DNA of 63,894 nucleotides, the filler included, from Perkinsus olseni (Eukaryota): assembly GCA_013115125.1 (NCBI GenBank). It is 10 parts of 10 records of this genome, joined end to end, with 100 filler letters (N's around TTAATTAATTAA, not from the genome) between each part and the next. Parts side by side here need not be neighbours in the genome. Positions count along the whole stretch, not along the records: positions 8,807 to 40,800 come from JABANN010000406.1; 9 more parts are not named here. The stretch is one strand, 5' to 3'. The notes below the pieces were generated by a model that worked only from the letters and a program-made list of their open reading frames with translations, made no database searches and was not told the DNA's origin. The translations under genes and the position numbers were made by a program. Below, in pieces: positions 11,451 to 24,400 of the stretch (position 1 is the first letter of the stretch; the number at the start of each line of letters is the position of its first letter).

Positions 11451-13376
11451 CTACAACCCCGCCCCTGCCCTCGCTTGCATCACTCCCATCTTAATCTCGT
11501 CCGTTACACTCTTCTGCGATGTGCTCACGAAAACTGTATTTGCCTTGGACGAGCTCCCGACCTCTTTTAACGTATCGAAATACTGTGTCACCAGTACCTG
11601 ATGCCAGCCATCGCCGGACGCTCTAACCGACGAAGCCATCGCTGCTTCCAGATAATCCCGGTATCCGCTCACGCTTGGTCGACCTGCTCTAACAGATCTA
11701 CGGGTGAGCTTTCATCGTAACAACCATCATTTCCATGGCTTCCACCGTTCGACTATCGATATCATGGCCGATAACAAGTTCGAACGGACAAAAATCCTTG
11801 AAGGGTGGGCGGTAGTGGATCATCGAGCGACGATCGGGTGACGTTCATTCTTCTTAGTATGTGCGTCGACGGGATTCGGCCTTGCTGCGACTCGCTCTTC
11901 ACAGCAGGCCAAAGCCACGTAACGCGTAAATGCGTTCTCAACTGCGCCATCTCAACCACCAATTGGGGTGGAGACATCCACCCCCTTAGCCCGTTATTGT
12001 TAATACCAATTCCAGAACGTCCTTAGCGGACATCTCATGAATCGCCTCCTGGAAGTCTCCTATCGACTCGCGGAGGCCGTCGACGATAGCCTTACGTTGA
12101 CGAGCCACACCTCGAGACGCAATAATAAGACAGATGGTCCTTCTTTGCACACTCAGGAAGAGAATACGTAGAATTGCACCACCGAGCGGCGAAGGGCGTC
12201 AGTCAAAGATCTTCACTGAAAACAGTGACGTCTCTGGCGTCTGATCTTTGATCTGGTGAAGATTCTCTACCACAAGATCTACAGGCGGCCAGCAAGATGC
12301 TATCGAGAGGACGGCAACTCACCCTGTCCTTGCAGGAACTTCGATTCAGCTTCCGCCTCCGCCTGCTTCACAATGACCACCTTCTCAGCCTCGGCCTTCT
12401 CCGTTGCCGCCACTCTGAAGAGGGACAACGATCATCCACTACTGAAATTGATCGAAAGCGCTGGTGATTGGAGCCCACCTGAGTCTTCGATTGGCGTTGA
12501 TCTCGTTCATGGCGTCTCTGACTTTACGGTTCGGTGAGATATCGGTGACCAAGGCCTGGTTGATCTGGAACCCAAACTCGCTCATGATCTTCTGGAGCTG
12601 GTCCTTCACTTGCTTGGCCACCTAGTCGAGCACAGCGAGAGTGCGAGACTATAACGGAATAGGTGAAACCAGGACGGTAGTAGGGAAAGACGGTTTTCAC
12701 GGGTACGGCTTTGGAAACAGTACCATAACTCGCCCAACATTCCGGTTAGCAGTAAGAAGACCACGGAAAAACCTACCTCATCTTTAGACTCGAAAACGTC
12801 GTCCAACAGCATACCCGGTACCGTCGATCTGACGACATCAAACACATAGGAGTTGATCTGCACCGTCGGGTTGTGGAGGCGATAGAAGGCTTCGTAAATC
12901 TTAGACTTGATAACTTCATATTGAACGGCAACCTGATAGTGAAGAAAAACTCACAGGAACTTGTAATGAACCTGCCTAGCTCCGATCAGAAGCTACTACG
13001 CTGAAGCTAAGTGGCGGATGGTAGGAAGACGGCCGATGAAAGATTGGATGGAAATCAAAACCGGGGGGTTTTGTTCTCGATCAGCCGGTCTCCTCACAGA
13101 CTCGCTCAGGACGGTAAAACGCTCACTTGAATGCTAACAAAGACGTTGTCCTTCGTCTTGGTCTCGCAGGTCATAGACGTCTCCTGGATCCTAACCGAGA
13201 CATCCCCGGCTCTGACGCAGACGCACGGGACGGGCAGACAGAGAAGGCCGGGGTGGGCCAGGCGGTCGAACTTGCCGAATCTGATGAAGGGAGCTACCGG
13301 CACCGGGTCGTGATGTGATGACGTACTTTGTGATGACGGCAACACGATCGTTAGGGACGGTCTGTACGCAACCCAT
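11451..13376 (-). CDS. SPFH/band-7 protein, hypersensitive-induced-response (HIR)-like, multi-exon
   Basis: FGKFDRLAHPGL, CETKTKDNVFV, QINSYVFDVVRSTVP..LDDVFESKDE, LVTDISP..AMNEINA, EKAEAEK..AEAESKFLQG, GVARQRKAIVDGLR, VTQYFDTLKE. Confidence 0.93.
12981..13099. repeat. Dispersed ~120-bp repeat, copy 1 (intronic); copy 2 at 32739-32857
   Basis: Shared blocks TCCGAT.AGAAGCTAC, AGCTAAGTGGCGGATG and GTTCTC.ATC.GCCGGTCTCCTCACAG. Confidence 0.75.
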
Positions 13377-15045
13377 GAGATTGTAAAGAGGGGCTTAGGA
13401 TACTGAGAGGCACCAGAAGCTCTAGTTTTAGCACAGAGAGATAAGATTCGCGCCGAGGAGAAATCGATTAGAATGGCGAGCGCGATATTATCGAGCCGGC
13501 GCGATACTTACTCTGTGTCTCTCGATAAGTGCTGACGGGCGGAAGCAGTCTTTGATAAGTCTCAAGCGGCCTCGGAAGATTCATTTGCTCGTCGGCGGAT
13601 GTCAACTCGTCACCGACTGTGTCATTTGGACGACGGTGGTGAAGGGCGTGTTGGCGACTCATGGGGGCCCTTCACGCAACCGATGCCGGACACCATCCAA
13701 AATCAACTGGACAGGTAAGAGGGTATCTTACCTCTGCGTCATATGCACGGATCAACCTAAGATACCGAGGTGTCCTCCGAGACACATTCATCCACTTCCC
13801 AGTAAAGGAATCTGAGCAGCAGGACCCTTGTCAGCGGCCCCGGAGCACGCCCGACCCCAGCGCGGCCGATTCCACGACCAGAGCTGTGCATACATGGTTC
13901 TTCAAACAGCAACCTGTCGCCATCGAGTCCTTCCATGATCATCACAGCGCCGTTGACAGCGTAAGCGGCCGACGGAAGGTTCGGTCGATGATGTGTTTCG
14001 GAGTGATCAGGTCCCTGTGGTGGAGGCCCCAGCCTGTCCACCGCCAGCTAGTGAATGTCCCATCACGAGGGAATCCTTCGCGATGAGTACAGTGAGTACG
14101 GTGGAGAGTGAGAAGAGTTCGACCAAGATGGGTGGGAACATCGTACGGGGTGCAAGTAAGCGGGGGGAGGGTTCGAGGCCCTTCACACCTGTTAGAGAGA
14201 ACATCGAAAATTGGGTAGGATCTCTCAGTGGAAATGAAGGAAGACGAAAATAACGAGGCCACTATGCCACATGGCAGGCTGCCATTAGAAGCAGTAGCAG
14301 CTAGGGCTGGATGCCCAGTACTTTGAAAACTGCATCACCGTCCTTGTAACCCGTGGTGGCACTCTGGCCTCACCTTTGCATGCTGCACTCTTCCCGTAAA
14401 ACACGGTATGGCCGAGGTAGTCGGCGGTAGTCGTTACAGAGTGAATCGATTAAGATATACTGTAGACGGTCGGGATAAGTTCGGCCATCATCATCTTGCA
14501 TCCCACGTCTCTACCAGTTTTTTGATGAGCAGAAGATGAATAGTATTCCTCCCAAAAATAGTATGGTGGCGTTCCATTAGAACTCAAAAAAGTCGGGAAG
14601 TGTTCGACTCACTCGCTGTAACGATTGTTGGATTCTCAAAATTCTCGAGGTTCGTCGAGCACTCTCGGGCATCACTCTGCTGGTGATTGCACCCCTACGG
14701 CGACATCTATCGGATCGGAGAGGAGTGTGATGAAGGGAGGCCGCAACGGGCGAAGGTAGGCTGTCCGATCTGCAGCTAACCTTATTGAATCACTACGGAG
14801 CACTGCGTACCAAAAGCGCAGACCGTTCGTGTAGCCATCGTGTAGCCATCGTCATAGCACCATGGTTTACTTCGAGTGAATTGCTCGCCCACAATCTTGA
14901 AAGGTTTGTTCTGATGGTGGAGAAGTTTCGAAAATCGCGTCTCGATGCGGTACGACGTGCGGTCGGGGTGATCTCATTTCCCTCAGGTTACGGCGTAGTA
15001 GGGAATCGGTAGACATATCACTGGACAACCCGGGCAGTCACCGTC

Positions 15046-15440
15046 ATGATACCCACGACTGCCGCCCCTGCCGCTTCGTCTTCACCAGTAAGGCCTCCGT
15101 CCTCCGGGTTGCCGGCATTCAATTCCCCTCCACCGGCGGAAACTCTACGTCTGATGGCCTGTTGTACTCCGAGTGGTGGTCATCTCGTGAAGGACTCAAT
15201 AGGCTGCACTTTCTCCTTTTTTCAGCGTTGGGGTGCCGTTATAACCACAACTGCCCGTTCTGTCACCATCCTTCCCATTGCCCCCGAGAGATGGTGGACA
15301 GCGTCCTCCTCTGTGGTGGTGAGCCGCTCTCCCCTAGTCAGCCCTATTGAAGTGGACTTGTCAGGTTCACAAGTCTGGACAGTTTCATTCAGTCATGGAG
15401 GAGGCCGCCGCGCTTCCGTGCATCATGCGGGGCCTTGAGA
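15046..15440 (+). CDS. Small CCCH-type zinc-finger protein (spliced; boundaries uncertain)
   Basis: An exon after a TTTTTTCAG acceptor encodes GCRYNHNCPFCHH; Pro/Ser-rich N-terminus. Confidence 0.4.
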
Positions 15441-17295
15441 ACGTGACCGCCGTCCAGGGATCGTTTAACTGCCTGAATAATGACTGTACACTGAAATTGA
15501 TTTTCATTTTTTCCATTCGAAGACCGTCGTCGGCCATCGTGTCATCATTGCTTTTGCGCTCTTTGCCCTCACTACCTTCATGATGAAACCACCTCTCACC
15601 CATCCACGCCATCTCCATCATGTTGAACGATCTAGTACCATTGTAGTGCACTCGCTCCATCCAACTCAAGTTCTGTTGTCGAGGAGTGAGAACATGAAGG
15701 CATGAGCGGCGCATGGTCACGAATGGTGAAGACCGTTGTGTAACATACAGACTGTCATTTATATTGTTTAGTTTGTAAGTGATGGAAATGTAAATCGGGA
15801 AAAAAGTTAGCGGAATTTCTTGAAAGTTGTCTGTCTATCCTGCCGAATCTCAGTGTGCATGCGTGCAGACTTTTGAGCTCTCTCAGTGAAGGGAGGGGAG
15901 GAATCGAAAACACGAAACATTGAACCAAAATTCGTTCGCTGGTTAATAGTGCAACCTCGTCTTAACCAAAGAGGGAAGTTAATCAGCTTCTGCTAAGAGG
16001 TAATCGGAAGACCTATCCGAGTCCTCTTCGTCAAACTTGCATTTTACTATCGGCACTCTTTCACTGCCTGCGCCGCGTTTCCTCTGCGCCCCCCAGCGCA
16101 CGGGTCCGGTGTGGAGTATCAAAGTTTGATTCATCTTTCGTCGTCTCACTCTTCCAGTGTCTAACGAGCCGGTCTCCTCCATACAGCTGGGCAACCATAG
16201 TGGGGTAGAAGAAAATACGGTACGGAAACTGTAGGTTTGAAACTGTCAACCTAGTACGGGTACGGAGAACTAGTACGTATTAAATATATTACATAGCGCA
16301 AACGTGTATTAAATTACGCCGTACTTGAAGCTTTCAAGTTGAAGGCGTGAATTCGCCGTACGGCGTCCTAGTACGGTGCTTGGGAACCACTGCGACGGGT
16401 TGTACGCTTACGGAGCCGTACTCGTACTGTACTCCGTACTACGGCGGACGGTGTGACCGAAATTGAAAGTGCCCTGAGAGAAACCCCATTTTAGATCTAC
16501 ATAAGTACAGTGGATCCGGGAAATATTAGAGCCATCTTCGCATTTATCGGTGACTCGCACTTTCTATCCTGCTATCGCAGGTTCTTACGAAGCTCTGACA
16601 TCCTTTGGCCTTGTTTTCGATCAATCCTGGGAGCCGCTTCCGGCTCTCCGTCAGGATTTAGAGGATTCTTGGGAATCGAGTTGAGACCTCGACTTTCTCC
16701 ATCAAGAACCGAGCCTTCTTGAACTTGCTTATCACCCTCCTGCTGGATAGCAGGAGTGTTGCTATCTGTCCTGGAAGCTGGATTAATATCTTCCAGCGCC
16801 ACGGAACAACTGTCCCAATCACTGCCGGGATCGGCTCCGGATACCGGTCTCGAACCTATTGGCAACCTATCATGCGTTCTGGCATATTGAGCTCTTGGCA
16901 CAATGGCAAATTGTGTCATCGTGTCTCCACTACTACTCTCCGCTCGCTGGATAGTTTTACATGTATTTTCGCCATTCTCGTTCGTTCTGCACGCAGAAAA
17001 GTGATATTATTATATACACTGATGGGCGGCTACTTTCTCAACACGATAGTTGAGGCTGTCGCAAATGAGTGGGATCCCTATGGTGTCCTCGGTTCGTCGT
17101 TTAGACTCGATCTGACCTGGCGTGAACTTCCAATTCTTAAAAATGCAGCCTGTGGGGATCGAACCGGAGACCTTGGCGGCTCGATAGATGATTGTCCATC
17201 TAACACGTGAATTTGTAGTAGAAGCTTGCCATTAGGAATTCAGGGAAGCTGGGGAATTAAGGCGTGCTAGCTCCGTAAGAGCCGACAGAGAAGGG

Positions 17296-17354
17296 GGAGT
17301 GATTCCGTTGATACTGGATATAGCCGCTACATCCAGTATCAACGGAATCACTCC
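17296..17354. repeat. Perfect 24-bp inverted repeat (hairpin), 11-nt loop
   Basis: GGAGTGATTCCGTTGATACTGGAT / ATCCAGTATCAACGGAATCACTCC. Confidence 0.95.
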
Positions 17355-18060
17355 GCTATATTATAGCGTCCGTGAAAGCACGCTGCAGTCGTCACGGTAG
17401 TGTTTGGTCTCGGCTGCGGAGTCGAACACATAAAGGGTGGACGAAGCGGTCGAAGCAAATATCACTCGACCTTGCTCAATTGCGGAATTGAGAGAATGTT
17501 GGTGATAGTGAGGCACTCGCATTCTCTCCGTTACACAATCAAACCACACCAGCAGGAATGTAATGACAACTGAACGATGATCCCCACTGCCAACCCTGAA
17601 CCAGAGGAGGGCCTGCAGAACTTCATTCGCTCCATTGCCGCGGATACTCGAAGCCGCTCACCGCTTCACCCGTACAGCATCGTACGCACAGTACAGCTTC
17701 CCGACTACCAACACAATGGCGATATTCGCAGGCGACTGAGATATGATGTGCTTGATAACTCACAATGAACAGCCTCCAACACCTGGTGTTGCGACAATGA
17801 CTGCACACGGAGCGAGAAGCTTGCGCGGCGATTTACCGTTGTAATGAAGTTTGTGAACGACGACTAGGACCGGTTGGAAACAATAACTGATACTATCAGC
17901 GACTCCGATAGACTGAATAATGAAGATGAAGTTAAATGTTTTTGCTAATGGCAAAGAAAAGGACTTCGAATGGATAGGTGACACAAACAAAAGACGACGG
18001 CTGACAGAAGTTTATCAAGTCGTGATCGAAGGAATAAATACCGAGCCCTCAAGGCTTCCT

Positions 18061-19621
<1,561 letters not shown>

Positions 19622-21415
19622 TGTTAAAAGTTAGAGGACCTCGAGGAAGAACCATGAGTACGTCAGGAGTAACTCGGTTTACAGAGAGCGGCACACGATA
19701 ACGGCCGGATAACGGATAAGATGCCGACGACCAGCGGAATTGTGCTGGTCTAGAACTGGGACCATCATGGTCCAACCATGCAGAAGGACTGGAGACGGAG
19801 GACTAGCGAAGGTTGCAGCGAAGCCTCGAAGTTATACACACTAGGGCAGCAGCTCCTTCGGCGTAGCAGGACCACACACGACCTTTCTGGCTGGAGGCTC
19901 CAGCCTGGAGCTATAAGTACCACCGGAACCCACTTACCGCTCGCCTCTGGATGTCTTCACCGCAAAGGTGTAGATGAACATAATTCGATCCCTTCAGTGA
20001 ACTTCCCCTTATGTTGGTCCTATCACAGGACTCCTATGTACACCTACACCATTCCGCAACGTCGGCAGTGACACTAATGCGAAAATTGCAACTTGGAACT
20101 TCCAAGTTGGAAGCGCTCATCACGAGCCAGCACAAATGAGCTGCCAATTTACCCGCACAAGTCCGCACAACATGCCTCCATTAGAGGATCTAATACATAG
20201 AGAGAGCGGAGATGTACCCGCGGCGCACAACATTGATCAGATATGAACTTCAACTTGTTATGAAGACTTCAACTTGAAGGAGTTCAACGACCTGCTCTCT
20301 CGGCTAGTAGTGTGGGTGAAAATTTCCACCGTTCCGCACTTGATGAGGGGACGCCGTTGACTTAGTACGTCGCAACTCGAAGACGACCGGGATCCTCAGG
20401 AGCAATATTCACTTTAAATCCTGGTCAAAACTGGAAACGGGCCGTTGCGCAAGCGTTCCTCTACATGACTATGCATTCTGTCTTCTGAAACGAAGGTATG
20501 ATTAGCATCACTAGGAGCCCAAGCGTAAGGTTGTGTCGAAGCCGAGACCTGGGGCGTTGAACAAGCCCGTAAACTAGGAATCTAAAACTTCCACCTCGCA
20601 CTACATATTCCTTCCGATGCAAGGAATGTTGTACAGAGGCGTTGTAGGCTTAGCTTAAGTGCTTAAGCTACTGAGTATTGCTGCTTTAATGGCTCTTACG
20701 TAGGCTAATGCAGCATTATCATACACAAGATGCTTCGGATGCTGGAGAGATGCTCTCTAGGAGGCACTGTGATGCAGCGCGAAGCATCGCGCAATCGAGG
20801 GGCCCCCCGTCGACGCTCATCGAGACTCCATGTGAATCAGAATACCGCAAATAGCACCCCCAGGGACCCTCTGGATTTGGCTCGCACTCGCAGCGAGTGC
20901 TACGCTAAGCGAGTGACTCGCTTCGACCAGCTATGAGAGGGAGGGCTTGTAACGGGTTCGAGTGAATGTAACGGTAGAGGGTGTAGGCCTAGCGACTGGA
21001 ACTTGGTAACGCAATAACTAGTGTCACTAGTCTAGTGAACTTGTAGAGGTAGCTGAGCTACGGAGACTTGGGAGAGTGACTGTAGAGTAGAGTTAGGGCA
21101 GCGCGCGCAAGGCGACCAACAACCACAACAATTAGCTATGGATCCTATGCTGCACGCAAGCACATGGATGTGCGCAGAATCCCGTAACAGGCTTCAAGCC
21201 AAGCTTCTCATTTTCCTTTCAAGGAAAAGGTATTTATTGTCAATACCGCAGTATTTGACTGTTGCTCGAGAGCAATAGTCGAAAACCATTCGAACAACCG
21301 CATAGTGTATTCGCGCCTTGCGTTCTCAACCTCCTGTGGCAGCAGAGATTAGCGTTACGCCCTGGCAAGATGACAGAACCCAAGTACAACGGGAACCACA
21401 CAGGAAACAGACACA

Positions 21416-24400
21416 CTAAGAAACGGCATGGTCTGAAGTCAGCTCGGCAACGAAGGATGGCGGCTCAGCATCATCTCCAAACTCGTTATGGCCGGCGATC
21501 GGAGAAGCTTTGGGCGTCTCTCGTCGGACGCCTTTGAGATTGAGCTCGACTATCACTACGACCTGCAACGCACATAGCAACTCATTCGGCTGATCAGGAG
21601 CCGGTCACCTCCATCGTCCCGGGTTGGGCATCGATCACTTTGATATCGTCAGGCGAGTATCCGAGCTGCTTCAAATGCCTGCCACAACGCATCGGATACT
21701 GAATCGGTGTAATACTACATTTTTGATACCTAATATTTCATATCATCATCACTGTATCAATCTATAGCTCATAAATGCACCACACAAGTCAATGTATGGT
21801 TTTCTATAGCGCTGAAACTCCGACAACCACGACCCTGCCAACAACGCTAGAAGCAACGCGAGGCGAGATCGAGCGCATCCTACATCGATAAAACGAAATT
21901 CATCGAGCCACATAGTTGCTATGCTTCCATACCGTAACAAAACTACTGATAAATAGTAATCATGTCCTATGATTAAACCTATAATCAACATTATGGTGTA
22001 TTTCATTGAAATGTAATCCGCTCCGAGCCGTTCCAGTCCGGACGAGGAAGGCGAATGAATGCAGGACGAGAGCAAGAAGTCGTTAAAGTACGCTCGCTGG
22101 ATGATGGATGCCGAGCTGCTACCCACCCGACGTCCTTGGACAGGCCCTTCGGGTCGGTGAAGACAGCGACGACACGCTTCACAGCCGAGGCCCTCAACCA
22201 CCGTCGGAAGAGCTTCGGCAGACTTCCTTCCTTCTCGCTGAGGAGTACCACAGCTCTCGGCATGAAGCATGGGGCGGCCCCATTGGGGCCACAACACTAG
22301 AGAACCGACCTCTTCTTGGACTTTGGTGGGAAGCTGATCACAACGACGTCAGGAGACGGCAAAGTCGATGCCCGCCACTCCTCCGTCCGTGCTTTGATAA
22401 GCTCACGCCTGGCATGAGAGCGGAGATGAACTGCAGCGGACTGGTGCCGCTCACTGAGAGTCTTCCTCCGCGCCGCTGCTTGACGGAACCGGGGAGGGCG
22501 CTGGAGGGGAAATCTCGAAAACAGGACCATCCTCATCGAGCTGCTCGATAGCGTCTTTATGCGTATCGAAGTGCTCCTGGCAGAAATCCATTTTCCGCGT
22601 GAACGCCGAGCTTTGAAATCTCACCAAGGCCTCAGGAGCCTCTTCCTTCTCCTTAGCTTTGTCGAGCGTCTCCCAACTGTAATAAGGCCGACCCGCACCC
22701 GGCAAGACAGGAGCTCTCTCGACAGGCTCGACGCTGGCGGAAAGTCTCCTCTCTTCTGCCTTGGCAAGCTGCTGCTCAACCCTCGTCGGCTTTCCCTGAG
22801 AGGAACCCTCCGAGTCCACCAGGATCGCCACGATGACTTACTTTATTCATCAGCCACATATACGCTGCGTCGATCAACTCAGATTCTCTCTCGGCCTCCT
22901 CAGGGGTGTGCACGACACCGTCGGCCGCCTCTCCGCGGTCAATCCTCGAACGGACTTTCTGATATCTGTCAAGATGGTCTCAACTGAAGCCAGTCTACCG
23001 GTTCGTGAGCTCACGCTGCTGTGATACTGCGTTGCATCTGCGGCGTCAACTCGAGCATCCAAGGCTGCTTGATCGGCAGCAACGGCTGCAACCCTTCAAC
23101 AGTCCTCGTAGACCGCATATGCCTGTCACGAGTGACCGATCTTTGCGATGAAGTGCCCAATCACGACGCAAAAAATTCAGAGTGCTGCCCTATGATGATA
23201 GAGAATTTTTTGCAGATTTGGAATGTATAAATATTTCCGTTTTATTGTTCTGCGATTCACGACTGCAATCTTGCGACAGCTGTCGCAGGGCTCAGCGATG
23301 GGAAGTACTCTCACCGTACCCACGCACTTCACGAGGAGGTTGAATCTGTTATCTCCCTCCGCAGTTCCCTCGGCCAGAGCGAGCTTGGCCTCGGCCTTGA
23401 GGACCTCCGAGACTTCCTCCGGCAACTCCGTGAACTGCTTTGCATGCTTCCTCTCCTGAACTCGATGCCTTCAATGTGATTCACCAGCCAGCAGCACCCT
23501 CACCAAGCTCTTCGTTCTGTTAATGCCCTGCACGACGCCGAGGCCCCGCAGCGCTCGGGCCGCCTCCAGGCTGCAATACGCGGACTCTAACAGCTGCAGG
23601 ACGCGGTTGCGATGGATGTGACCCGAAAGATACCTGATAACGAAAGGGCGGCTATGGACAATTACGGAGAGGCTAAGGTGAGGCTATCGGGCGAATTGTG
23701 GATCCGATAAAAATGTATCGAAGTCGAGAATGGGTCGTGGTGGTCTTCGGCCGGCGGAAACGGGATTCGGTTAAAAAAAGACACAAAGTAACTACTCTAC
23801 TCTCAGTCAGGCTGGCAGAGTCAGCTGCTACTCAACGGTCTGCCTGTTCAAGAACAGCCCATGGAGAAGCCTCGGCCATTGGCGATGGCAGAGAGAGTTG
23901 GGCGATTTACGGTAGGACACGCACGGCGGTGGACGGGAGTCGACAGCACTCACACGAGGGTCTCCTCACGATAGATGTTCGCCAAGACAGGAGTGACGTT
24001 AGCTGCTAACTCCGGGTTAAGTTTAAGATTTTCCTTCAGCCCATTGACCCTGAACGAGAGAACCATTCATGACCGCGCGCCACGAAATTCATACCGTGTC
24101 CGAGAGGCATCAAGAGCCACTATATGCCGACACTTGTCCGCTAACGACAGTGTTGTAGCACCATTGCCGGCCCAGAGGTCCCAAACGACATCATCTAAGA
24201 AAAAGGAGCTGCTCAAACTCCCATCTCCTCGCGATCAGTTACCTTTCTCGGGTCGCGCGAACGCCGCGACGGTATCGAGAATCTCCTTATGAATTGTAGT
24301 GTTCGGCCAAAGGACATCACCCACGCCGAGCTTGATCGGAATCTTCTTGCTGCTCGGGACCACGGTGAGGGTGTGAGGGACGTATGGCTCATCGCCATAC

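Noticed and set aside
14829-14851. Tandem GTGTAGCCATC resembling the 5' part of the spliced leader
   Set aside because: Only 9 nt match and the diagnostic TTGGCTCAAG end is missing.
15979-18000. Several 60-160-aa ORFs
   Set aside because: No recognisable motif; frequent stops suggest degenerate mobile or non-coding DNA.
20620-21190. Possible solo LTR ending ...GTAACA
   Set aside because: No matching 5' end or TSD could be defined.
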